This document shows positions 11,695 through 22,348 of a DNA stretch of 51,179 bases, one piece after another. Under the pieces are notes generated by a model, which saw nothing but the letters and a program-made list of their open reading frames with translations, did no database searches and had not been told where the DNA came from. Both the position numbers and the translations under genes were made by a program. The first letter of the stretch is position 1; each line of letters starts with the position of its first letter. The stretch is from contig JAHDGX010000002.1 in assembly GCA_020631575.1 (NCBI GenBank), positions 1-51,179 of the forward strand, written 5' to 3'. The stretch is from Candidatus Altimarinota bacterium (GTDB lineage Bacteria; Patescibacteriota; Gracilibacteria; BD1-5; UBA6164).

Positions 11695-12126
11695 TTATAT
11701 TGTTAGTGTTTCTGGTTTTTGAGCAGCAAATGTATGCTCCGTTCCTGTAAAAAGTTTTAGTCTTTTCATCATATCTGCTCTGAGTTTATTCTTTGGAAGC
11801 ATCCCGCTTACCGCAGCTTCAAGAGCTCTTGTTGGTTTTTTTACAAGAAGTTTCTCAAGAGGAGTTGAGATAAGCCCTCCAAGGTACCCTGTATGTCTAT
11901 GGTACATTTTATCAGTCATTTTGTTTCCACTTACTGCAAACTTATCTGCGTTAATAACAATGACATTATCACCGTTATCCATGTGTGAAGCAAAATCAAC
12001 TTTATTCTTTCCTCTAAGAGTCGTAGCAATAACTGTAGAGAGACGACCAAGAGTTTGCCCCTGAGCATCTATTACATACCACTTTCTCTCAGTATGAGCG
12101 AGTTGTTTTGGTGTTATAGTTTTCAT
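11695..12126 (-). CDS. rplM: 50S ribosomal protein L13
   Basis: WYVIDAQGQTLGRL, YHRHTGYLGGL, GMLPKNKL. Confidence 0.98.
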   Translation of the reverse strand: MKTITPKQLAHTERKWYVIDAQGQTLGRLSTVIATTLRGKNKVDFASHMDNGDNVIVINADKFAVSGNKMTDKMYHRHTGYLGGLISTPLEKLLVKKPTRALEAAVSGMLPKNKLRADMMKRLKLFTGTEHTFAAQKPETLTI

Positions 12127-12155
12127 ATTCCTGAAATTTCTAGTAAATTAATATA

Positions 12156-12518
12156 TTATTTAAGACTGATTGATACAAGTTTTGCATTATCACCATCTCT
12201 ATACTTGATTGGTACAATCTTTGTAAAACCAGAAGTTTTTACTCCTTTATATTTTGGTGCAACATTTTTAAAAAGTTCTTTAGAAGACTCTTCTGTGAAA
12301 AGATATTGCATTACATATCTGATAGCGTTCATCTCATCTTTCGTATTCGCTACATTAATAAGTTTATCAATCATAGGAACAATAGATTTAGCTTTCTTCT
12401 CAGTTGTTTGCATGCTTTTATGCATAAAGAATGATGTAAGAAGATTTCTTTGCATCGCTTTTCTATGTTGAAAGCTTTTTTTGTTAAATTTGAGATGTTT
12501 TCTGACTTTATGTCTCAT
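12156..12518 (-). CDS. rplQ: 50S ribosomal protein L17
   Basis: MRHK...HRKAMQRNL, TTEKKAK, GFTKIV...RDGDNA; follows rpoA. Confidence 0.95.
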   Translation of the reverse strand: MRHKVRKHLKFNKKSFQHRKAMQRNLLTSFFMHKSMQTTEKKAKSIVPMIDKLINVANTKDEMNAIRYVMQYLFTEESSKELFKNVAPKYKGVKTSGFTKIVPIKYRDGDNAKLVSISLK

Positions 12519-12555
12519 AACTCTATATTAATTAGTAATAGTTTTTTAAATATTT

Positions 12556-13536
12556 TTAGTCGTCTCCAAGAAGTTTTAATCCTCTTTCATTGAGAGATGC
12601 TCTAATTTCTGTCATTGCTTTCTTACCGAAACCTTTGATAGAAGATAGTTTTGTTTCTGTACACTTTGTAAGTTGTTCTATAGAAAGGATATTTCCATTT
12701 ATAAGAGCGTTGAGAGTTCTTGGCGAGAGTCCCATAATCTCTATTGGAGTATAACTTTCTTTTTCTAGTTCTTCTTTTACTTCTTCTTTTTCTCTATCGA
12801 GAAGATCTTTAATATCTCCTATAAATTCTCCTTCTACTTGTAGCGCTTCTTCATTTATAAGACTAAAGTAAGAAGTAAGCATATCACCAGAAAATTTAAA
12901 CACCTCTGTTGGAGTGAGTACTCCATTTGTTGTGATTTGCATTTCTACTTCGTCTAAGTTTGTAATATCTCAAACTCTTGAAGAATGGATGTCATATTTC
13001 ACTGAAACTACTGGAGAGAAGTTTGCATCTATAAGAAGTACATTTACATCTTCTTCTCTTTCTTTGAGATCCTCACTACTCATGTACCCAACTCCTTTTT
13101 CTACTCTAATTTCGATTTCTAGTTCGAGTTTATCTTGATCAATTTCTGTAATATACATGTCAGGATTCATGATTTTGATATCTGAAGGAACTGTGATATC
13201 AGCTGCTGTAACCTTTCCTGCTTTTTTCTTAGAAAGACTCACCCATTGGATTCATACGTCTTTCTTATCAATAACAAGACCTTTGAGGTTTAACATTATG
13301 TCTACAATTGAATCTTTTACTCATGGAAGTGTAGAGTACTCGTGAGAAACTCCTTTTACTTTAATACCTGTAACTTTTGTTCCTGGTATAGATGAGAGAG
13401 CTACTCTTCTCATAGAATTAGCAAGAGTAATACCGTATCCTCTTGGAAGAGGGGACATAGTAAATACAGCTGAATTATCTCCTGTAGGATTTTGAGTTAT
13501 TTTTGGAACACCAATTGTGTTGTGAAGGATGTGCAT
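12556..13536 (-). CDS. rpoA: DNA-directed RNA polymerase subunit alpha (326 aa)
   Basis: [24 protein letters not shown](TGA)-VKD, DANFSPV, alpha-[12 protein letters not shown]...KGFGKKA. Confidence 0.97.
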
Positions 13537-13586
13537 ATTTTTTTATTTGAAAATGTAATATAAGAAACTGCCGGCAATTGCAATTA

Positions 13587-14210
13587 CTACTTAGAGTAGA
13601 ATTCTACGATTTTCTGAATATCGATTACTTGTTCAAAGTCTTCTTTTTCTGGAAGAGCTGTAACAGTAATTTTTAGGTTTTTTACATCAACCTCTATCCA
13701 TTTAGCGCTAGAGATTTTACCTTTTGATTCTTTAGCAAATTCTTCAAGTTCTTCGAGAAGAGATTTATAAAGTGGAGACTCTTTAAGTTTTGGTCTGAGT
13801 TCAATAACATCTCCAACTTTAAGAGAAATAGAAGGTATAGAAACCTTTACTCCATTTAGATTAAAGTGAGCATGACCAACAAATTGTCTTGATTGCATTC
13901 TTGTTCTTGCAAATCCTGATCTGTATACAACATTATCAAGTCTGAGTTCAAGAAGTTTTAACATTTTTTCTCATGTAGTACCTGCAGCTCCAGATTTTTG
14001 AGCTTTTGTAAAGTATGAGAAAAATTGTTTTTCACTGAGTCCAAACATTCTTTTCGCAAGTTGTTTTTTTCTGAGCTGTGTTCCAAACTCTGAAGTTTTT
14101 CTACTTCGTAGAACACTTCTTTTTCCTTTTTCTAGATCATACTTTTCTGTTCCGAAAAGGTTGATTCCTTCTCTTCTACAGAGTTTTTTCTTAGGTCCAG
14201 TATAACGCAT
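13587..14210 (-). CDS. rpsD: 30S ribosomal protein S4
   Basis: MRYTGPKKKLCRREG, SEFGTQLRKKQ, LELRLDNVVYRSG, IVEFYSK. Confidence 0.98.
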
Positions 14211-14267
14211 TTTTTCTTAATTTTAAGATACAAAAATAGAATTTTTTAGCTAATTCACAGAGAGAAA

Positions 14268-14645
14268 TTACATTCTTCTCACTTTTTTCTTTCTACAACC
14301 ATTGTGTGGAACAGGAGTTACATCAAAGATTGATCTGAGTTCAATTCCTCCTGAGAGAAGACCTCTGATTGCTTGTTCTCTTCCAACACCAATACCTTTT
14401 ATGTACACATCAACTGTTTCTAAACCATGAAGTGTTTTTGCTTTTTCAACTGCTTGTTCTGCTGTAATTTGAGCTGCATATGGAGTAGATTCTCTTGCCC
14501 CTTTAAATCCTGCAGATCACCCACTTGCCCAAGAGAGAACATTTCCATCCTCATCAGTAATACTTACAATAGTATTGTTGAATGAAGCGAGGATGTGAGC
14601 ATGTCCAATCTGAACAACTCGCTTTGTCTTTTTGCTTTTAGCCAT
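14268..14645 (-). CDS. rpsK: 30S ribosomal protein S11
   Basis: [36 protein letters not shown]. Confidence 0.97.
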
Positions 14646-14672
14646 AATTTCTAAATATAAATATGATATAAA

Positions 14673-15041
14673 CTATTTTTTCTTCCCAGCAATAGCAACT
14701 GATTTCCCTTTTCTTGTTCTGGCATTTGTTTTTGTATTTTGCCCACGAACTGGAAGTCTCTTTTGATGTCTTATACCTCTGTAACATCTAATTTCTTGAA
14801 GTCTTTTTATGTTTCCACTTACAAGTCTTCTTAGATCACCTTCTACAATATATCCTTTAATAACGTCACGAATAAGATCGAGTTCTGTTTCTGAAAGATC
14901 ATCAATTTTTCTTGTTCTCTCAATTTTCACTTCGTCGAGAATAAGTTGAGCTGTTGTTTTCCCAATACCATATATGTATGTGAGAGCAATTTCAGCATGT
15001 TTTCCACTTGGAAGTATTACACCAGCAATTCTAGCAGCCAT
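14673..15041 (-). CDS. rpsM: 30S ribosomal protein S13
   Basis: [32 protein letters not shown]. Confidence 0.98.
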   Translation of the reverse strand: MAARIAGVILPSGKHAEIALTYIYGIGKTTAQLILDEVKIERTRKIDDLSETELDLIRDVIKGYIVEGDLRRLVSGNIKRLQEIRCYRGIRHQKRLPVRGQNTKTNARTRKGKSVAIAGKKK

Positions 15042-15069
15042 AATGCAGTAAATAAATAGTTAAATAAAA

Positions 15070-15198
15070 TTATCCTTGTCTTTGTTTATGCTTTGGATCA
15101 GTTGCGCAGATTACTCTTACACATCTTTTTCCTTTAAATCTTCGTGTCACTACTTTACAGTTTTGACAGATTTTTTTTGCAGAAGTTCTTACTTTCAT
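15070..15198 (-). CDS. rpmJ: 50S ribosomal protein L36 (Zn-ribbon form, 42 aa)
   Basis: [42 protein letters not shown]. Confidence 0.95.
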   Translation of the reverse strand: MKVRTSAKKICQNCKVVTRRFKGKRCVRVICATDPKHKQRQG

Positions 15199-15227
15199 AG
15201 TTCTGTAATAAAAATTATATAAGTTTC

Positions 15228-15485
15228 CTAATTTTGTTGTGGATTGTTCCCTTTATCAGGCTGTAACCTGTAGGTTATTCTTCCTTTTCCTGGATCATAT
15301 GGTGAAAGCTCGATAGTAACTTTATCTCACTCAATGAGCTTAATATAGTTTTTTCTCATATTCCCGCTCAAGTGACCTCGAACGATCCCTCATCATAAAT
15401 CCTCTGGTAATTGAACTTCAAAAACCAGACCGGGTAGAGATTGTATTATTGTACCTTCTACCTCTATTTTATCTTCTTTTGACAT
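15228..15485 (-). CDS. infA: Translation initiation factor IF-1
   Basis: [11 protein letters not shown]...[36 protein letters not shown]. Confidence 0.97.
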
Positions 15486-15520
15486 GTAGTTTTAGCGTCT
15501 AAAGAGTTAAAAGCTCGCGA

Positions 15521-15548
15521 ATCATATAGATAAAAAAGACTTTTGCAA
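15521..15548 (-). promoter_or_regulatory. Putative promoter of the infA-rpmA superoperon
   Basis: TTGCAA-16 bp-TATGAT; the -35 lies over the loop of the upstream terminator hairpin. Confidence 0.6.
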
Positions 15549-15557
15549 GTCTTTTTT
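15532..15557 (-). terminator. Terminator after infB/cNMP gene
   Basis: AAAAAAGACTT-TTGC-AAGTCTTTTTT. Confidence 0.75.
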
Positions 15558-15574
15558 ATATGTTTTTTATTAAA

Positions 15575-15970
15575 CTATGTTCTTTCCTCTATCAAAGCTT
15601 TTACACTTTCATATAATTCTGGATATTTTCCCATCATCTGCTGTATACCAAACTTTATTATCACAATTACTACAGATTGCTCATGAGCGATAATAGTTGC
15701 ATTTCTTGTTGGAGGATCTCAAAAGAATGCAATTTCTCATACAAGATCTCATTCTCATAAGACTGCTACATCTTTTGTACCTCCTCCTTGAAGCTCTTTT
15801 TGCACAAGAAGTTTTCATGAGTGCACCACGTACATAGCTTGCGGCTCATCTCATTGTTTAAATAACACATCTCCCTCAAATAAGTTTTGCGTCTGACAAA
15901 ATGCAGAAAGATTTATTTGATCTTCTTTTGATAAATCTGAAAACAGTTCTACATCTTCAAAATAATTCAT
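15575..15970 (-). CDS. Stand-alone cyclic-nucleotide-binding domain protein (131 aa; absent from ORF track)
   Basis: LFSDLS...GDVLFKQGDEPQAMYVVHSG...LGEGDLVGEIAFFGDPPTRNATIIA, the cNMP phosphate-binding cassette (GE...R-x-A-T); no HTH. Confidence 0.9.
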
Positions 15971-15971
15971 A

Positions 15972-18344
15972 TTACTTTTCAATTACTACTTTATACACTT
16001 CCAGAGTATCTTTCATTTCAATATCTGTTACTCAAACAAGTTTGATACCACACTCTTTTACCTCTTCGATCTTATTCACTTCTTCAACTCACTGTTTGAG
16101 GGACTCTATTTTTCACTTTCCAATGACCTTATCTCATCTGATAACTCTTACAAGAGCGTTGTTTTCAATAGTCTGATCTTCTGCTGCAACCTGCAGTCCT
16201 ACAATCATGAACTTTTTAGAAGTAAAGAAGATTCCTCCTACTCTTGCTTCACATAGTGGTACTTCTACCTCTTTCGGGTCAAGCATCCCTGTCACTATTT
16301 TTTCTATCTTTTCTGTAATATGATAGATGATCTTGCTTTCTATATATTCTACTCCTGAATCTTCTAGAGCCGATTTTGCGTTTGGCCCAACTGAAACACC
16401 AAATCATACAAGAACTGCTGAGCTTCCTCCACACATAAGTACATCACCTTCTGTAACATTTCCGACCCCAGAGTGAATAATCGTTACAGAAGTTTCATCT
16501 GTTGAGAGTTTCAAGAGAGCATTCTTTATTGCTTCAAGACTCCCGTTTGTATCAGCCTTGAGAACAACTTTAAGATGTTTCAAATTTCCTGATTTAATCT
16601 TAGACATGAGAATATCCAACTGTGATGATTTGAGTTGTTTCTGGTTTGAGAGGTACTCAGCATATTCTGCAGCTTTTACCCTTGCAGCATCGACACTATT
16701 CATAACTTGAAGTATGTCTCATCCTCATACAACTTTATCAAGCCCCACAATAAGTGCTGGCTGTCCTGGAGTTACAAATTTTACAGATTTTCCTGTATAG
16801 TCTTTGAGTACTTTGATTTTTCCATATGAATTTCCACATACTACAGAAGCACCTTTTTCTATTGTTCCTGTATTCACAAGAACTGTTGCAACAGGCCCAA
16901 GTTTTGTGTCTAAGTGTGATTCTATAATAGTAGCAACACCATTTCTATCTGGATTTGCAGTGAGAGCTTGCATTTCTGCCATGAGGAGAATAATCTCTAA
17001 TAATTCCTCTATACCAAAACCGGTGTGAGCAGAAACAGGAACCATAGGAGTCTCTCCACCCCAGTCTTCAGGAGTGAGTCCGTGTTCTGCAAGTTTTCCT
17101 TTTACATGATCTGGATTTGCTCCTTCTTTATCCATTTTATTAATAGCAACTACCACTGGAATACCTGCTTCTTTCGCGTGTGAGATTGATTCTATAGTTT
17201 GAGGTTTTACTCATTCATCAGCAGCTACTACAAGAATAGCAATATCCGTAGATTTAGCCCCTCTCGAACGCATGATGGTAAATGCCTCATGACCCGGAGT
17301 GTCGAGAAATGTAATCTTCTTTCAATTATGCTCAGCTTGATACGCACCAATACTTTGAGTTATTCCCCCAGCTTCTCCAGCAGCTACTTGTTCTTTTCTA
17401 ATATGATCAAGAAGTGAAGTCTTCCCATGATCAACATGCCCCATGATAGAAACAACAGGAGCTCTCTCCACAAGTTTTGAGCTATCATCCTCCACAAGTA
17501 AATCTTTTATATTCCCAGTAGCTATTTCGCTTGCTGCAATACCATCTGAAGTGTCTCTTTGAAGTTTCACTTCAAAAGCCTCAGCAATGAGTGAAGCAGT
17601 GTCAAAATCTATTTGTGAATTAATGGTCATCATCATACCATTTTTCATAAACTCAGCTATAAGTTTTGGAAGAGGAGTTCCTATTTTTTCAGAAAACTCT
17701 TTGAGTGACAAAAACTCTCAGACTACAACTGTTTCACCAGTCTTTGCAGTAAGGTTTTGTTCTATGTCCTCTATATTTTTTTCTTCTTTCTTCTTATGTT
17801 TTATCTTATTAGATCTCGTAAAACCATCGTCTTCATAGTTATTTTTATACTTACCTTTTTTTCCTCCTGAGAAAAACTTACCTTTTTTTCCTCCATCTCT
17901 TTCAGCGTTTGGAGTAAAACTCTTTCCTGGCTTCGGAGCATTTTTTGTAAAGCCTGGTTTGAATTTTGGTGCAGATGGAGTAGATGCCTCTGATGGCTTT
18001 GCTTCACTTGATGAACGAAAGCTAGATTCTTGATGAGCATTCTTATTCCCAAGAGAATCATCTGCTCTACGAACAACTGTAAATCATGATTTTTTCGGAA
18101 CGCTCGTATCAAGAGTATCATTGAGTGTTGTTTCTGAATTCTGAGTTTGAGACTCTATAGTCTTTTCTCCATCAGCATCTGCTTGCTCTAAAGTCTGCTC
18201 AGACTTAAGTTCTACTTTTTTTATTACTGGCTTTTTAGCCCGCACTATAATTTTTTTCTTTATTACTGGCTTTTTCTTATCAGAAGAACTACCATCACTA
18301 GAGGATGATATATTTGCGTAATAATCGTCAACGTTTGCTACCAT
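15972..18344 (-). CDS. infB: Translation initiation factor IF-2 (790 aa)
   Basis: [56 protein letters not shown]; continuous frame with TGA=Gly. Confidence 0.98.
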
Positions 18345-18388
18345 AAATGTCTGTGATTTTTCTGAGGGAAAATAAAATGTTAATGCGA

Positions 18389-18416
18389 ATCTTAAGCCTT
18401 TTTTACTCTATGTCAA
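18389..18416 (-). promoter_or_regulatory. Putative sigma70 promoter of infB
   Basis: TTGACA-16 bp-TAAGAT. Confidence 0.7.
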
Positions 18417-18496
18417 AAAATTATAAAAACTTGTAAAAAGCAAAAATAGGATTACCCTCTAGACTATAAAATACTCCTTTAAAGTTTGAAAGAAAC

Positions 18497-18985
18497 ATGG
18501 AAGATGCAATTCAGGCACTCAGCCAAAATTTTTTTGAAAAACTCTGAGCAGATTTTTCAGACCTAAAAATCGAAAAACAAGCCGAAAATGTTTTTAAGAT
18601 ATCTCTCAAAAGTGAAGACTCACACCTTATTATTTGACCACACGGGAAAAATCTAGAAACTATTTCCCATATTCTCAAGCTTCTCATATCTAAAATCTCA
18701 GAGTGATATGTAAATATTCATGTAGAAGTAAACGATTATCTTGAGAAAAAAGATGAAAAACTTCTTGGTTTCATTGCTTCAAAGATTGAATATGTAAAAA
18801 AATCAGGAAAAGAAATAGTTCTCCCGTTTTTTACAGCTTATGAACGTAAGAAAGTTCACTCATACGTTTCAGAAAATTGAGGAAATGTATTCACGCAAAG
18901 TATGGGTGAATGAAAAGAGAGAAGAATACATCTGTGCAGAAAAGATGAAAAAATGACCATCGATATAGACGGTGACGATATATAA
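18497..18985 (+). CDS. Jag/KhpB-like RNA-binding protein (KH + R3H, 162 aa)
   Basis: KH GxxG loop LIIGPHGKNL, VEVNDY, R3H motif AYERKKVH, SMGEGKERRI. Confidence 0.85.
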
Positions 18986-19003
18986 AAATAGTTTTCAAAA
19001 GCC

Positions 19004-20164
19004 ATGAAATATAAAAATGTTATACATCTGATAGCAGGAGCTATCATATGTGGATTACTCTATAGTTTTTACACTATAAACCACCTCAATTACCTAAACC
19101 ACCGAAAAATTCAGGCTCAGATAATAAACCACCCTGAAGGCTTACCAAAAGCAGAAGTAGCGAAACTTGGGAGTTTTTGATTTACAAATATCACAGCTGA
19201 TCTTTATTGGCTCCAGACAATACAATATATTTGATGAAATGTCATAGGAGAAGAGTATAAAAAATATTTGGGAGTCATGATGAACCTGATTACAGATCTT
19301 AATCCCTACTTTGAAAGTCCATATATCATAGGACAACTCCTCCTGCCATCAACATCTTGATCAGCTGATATTATCAAAACACCCGAGGAACTTAAAAATG
19401 TAAAAGAAGGAGAAGCTCTCTGACTCAAGGGAGTATCAAAATTTTGTGATATTCAAAAAGTAGATGCAATAATAGAAGAAACTAATCTGTGAAAAGTTAT
19501 CTCAGAAGAAAAATACGCTGATCCTTGTAAAAGCTACAAGATTCCTTACTACCTGGCATACATATATTTTTTCTACCTCAAAGACTCGATACAAGCTGCC
19601 AATTATTACAAAGTAGTAAGTGCTCAGAGCGATGCTCCGCAGTGAGCAAAAGTACTTGCAGCCATCATGCAATGAAAGGGATGAGAAAGAAAGAAGTCAG
19701 TATTTATGTTTCTCTCACTGGCTGAAAATACTGGATGAAGTGGAGAGGCATGCAGTTTCATGAGTTCTAAACTTCGAGATTTATATACCCAAATAGATCA
19801 AAACGGCCTTCCTATTACATGAAAGCTTATAAGAGATATAGAACTGAGTGCAAATCAAATACTCCCAAAACTCACTCAAGAGAATGAAAGTGATATACTT
19901 GATGATACTAAATGTAGTAACTATCTAGCTAAAGCTATTAGGGAACTTAATCTTCTCTATATTGAAAATGCAGACGCATTATATGTTCAAGATAATCCAG
20001 ATAAAGTTTCAGCTCTAAATATGCAAACTCTCTTTGACGCGTGATATATAAACTTTATTCCAACAGACTATCAGCAATATGAAGATGAATGATATGGAAT
20101 CACCTATACATATGATGAAGAGCTTGGTCGCTTTGATTATTGAATGGCCAATTATGAAAATTAA
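19004..20164 (+). CDS. Membrane-anchored helical/TPR-like protein (386 aa)
   Basis: N-terminal TM helix; ADLYWLQTIQYIG...LITDLNPYF; YYLAYIYFFYLKDSIQAANYYKV TPR-like segment. Confidence 0.75.
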
Positions 20165-20190
20165 AAAGAAGAGCTTATGCTCTTCTTTTT
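20163..20190. terminator. Bidirectional terminator
   Basis: AAAAAGAAGAGC-TTAT-GCTCTTCTTTTT between convergent genes. Confidence 0.85.
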
Positions 20191-21155
20191 TATAATCATA
20201 CAATTTCTTTCATTTTTTTATATTTGTTACTATGAAGTTCCAAGGCTCTTTGGTTTCACCTGTTGAGCTCTGCCTCTACTAGATCATAATTCTCCATATA
20301 CATAGCATACTTATCCCTTGCAAGTTTAAAATACTCGAGCAGTATTTCTAAAAGTTTAAGCTTCGCGTGACCATATCCATATCATCCTGCCTCATATAAT
20401 TTTCGTACTTCCTGGAGAGTAGTCTCATCTGCAAAAAACTTCATGAGTGCAAATACATTACACGAATCAGGATCTTTTGGATCATCTAGCCCCTCGCTTC
20501 AAGTGACAATAGACATAATCTTCTTTTTAAGAAGTTTCTCATCATCAAAAACCCCTATGAAGTTATCATAACTTTTACTCATCTTTCTCCCATCTGTTCA
20601 TGGAATCAATTCTCACTCTTTACTAATATATGGTTCCGGGATCGTAAAAAAATCTACTGCGTATGTTTTATTGAAATTTGCTGCTATATCACGAGTAAAC
20701 TCAAGATGTTGTTTTTGATCCTTCCCAACAGGAACCAAATCTACATCATACCCAATGATATCAGCAGCCATAAGGATAGGGTAGTTAAATGTAGCCATAT
20801 TAATATCACTATTTTTATTTTGACTATCTTTAAAACTATGAGCTCTAAGCATGAGGCTATAGGGTGTCACGCTTGATAGAATCCAAGTAATATCATTGAT
20901 ATAGGTCATCTTTGACTGCTCAAATATCATAAATGGTCTATCTTCTGGCATAAGTGCAAGCAGTTCGGCTGCAAGCCTATGTTTGTTTCGCTTCATTGTC
21001 TCAGCATCATGCACTGAAGTGAGGGAGTGAAAATCTGGAAGAAATAAAAATGATTCATGTCATTTTGTTTGCTCTGTAAATGGTTTATACATTCCAAGAT
21101 AATTTCATAAATGCATCCCATTTCCAGTTGGTTTCACTCAAGTAAGTACTCTCAT
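20190..21155 (-). CDS. trpS: Tryptophan--tRNA ligase (321 aa)
   Basis: MRVLTGVKPTG, HL-G(TGA)-[30 protein letters not shown]. Confidence 0.97.
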
Positions 21156-21271
21156 ATTGCTCTATTAATGTATTATTATTGCTAACATTATATATAAATA
21201 ATCTGCAATACAATTTACATTCTTTATATTTTTTCTATCATATTTTTATTATACTCTCTTCATCCATTCTC

Positions 21272-22306
21272 ATGAATTTTGTAAAAAATTATTTTTCAAC
21301 TCTTGCATTCCTCGCTATTTGATATGTATTTTATAGGCAAAATGAAACTTTTCTTAACTTCTCATATGGAGGAACAAGTCTAAGTTTCATAGATATTTCT
21401 GTTCAATATCATAATATCTTTTATGCTATTCTTATTGCTTATACTATCTTACTTATACCATTTTATATTATATATCCTCACAGATCAAAAGCGCGGCTTG
21501 CTATAAGATATATATGGGAAATTATAAAATGATGAGAAAATTACTGACAAAAGCACAAAACAGCTCTCCTAGCATGGATAGTGAAGTTATTTTTTGCTCC
21601 TCTTATGATAGTCTGGATCACACAACATGTTTTTAATCTTTGAAACTCGCTCTACTATAGTTATCAAGGCATTTCACTCTTTTCTACAGATTTTCTTCTC
21701 TTCTTTAATAGCTATTTTTTCACTCTTGCCTTTACTGCTATTCTCTTTTTTGATGTCTTATTGTTTACTCTCTGATATCTTTTAGAATCTCCGGCTTTTA
21801 AAAATACTATTAAATCTGTAGAGCCAACCATCTTAGGATGGTTTGTAGTACTTATATGCTATCCTCCATTTAATACACATCTTACTGAGATGATTTGATG
21901 GTATTCAACGGATTTTCCTCAGTTTATAAATCCCTATATTCATGTAAGCCTCAATATAGTAATTCTCATCCTCATGGGAATCTATGCTTGGGCATCTATC
22001 GCGCTTGGACTTAAAGCAAGTAATCTCACGAATAGATGAATCATATCAAGAGGTCCATATAAATACGTACGACATCCAGCCTACATATGTAAGAATCTTG
22101 CTTGGTTTATAGGAGCTCTTCCTCTACTATGGGTTGCTATCACAACTGACGACTTACTCTTAAGTAGTGTGCTCATAGGGACTCTGTGATGGGCTTTCGT
22201 GTACTATATGAGATCAATGACTGAAGAAGCGCATCTCTCCCTTGATCCAGAATATGTAGCTTATAAGAAACAAGTTCCTTATAAATTTATACCAAAAGTA
22301 TGGTAA
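21272..22306 (+). CDS. Isoprenylcysteine carboxyl methyltransferase (ICMT/PEMT) family membrane protein (344 aa)
   Basis: Multiple TM segments; LGLKASNLTNRGIISRGPYKYVRHPAY...RSMTEEAHL...YVAYKKQVPYKFIP. Confidence 0.85.
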
Positions 22307-22308
22307 AT

Positions 22309-22338
22309 AAAAAAGAAGACTCGAGAGTCTTCTTTTTT
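22309..22338. terminator. Bidirectional terminator
   Basis: AAAAAGAAGACTC-GA-GAGTCTTCTTTTTT between convergent genes. Confidence 0.8.
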
Positions 22339-22348
22339 ATAAATATAC

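Noticed and set aside
4456..21155. Apparent mass pseudogenisation (gyrA, rpoA, rpsD, infB, trpS split in the ORF track)
   Set aside because: Fragments are in the same frame and separated only by TGA at conserved Gly sites; the genes are intact in code 25.
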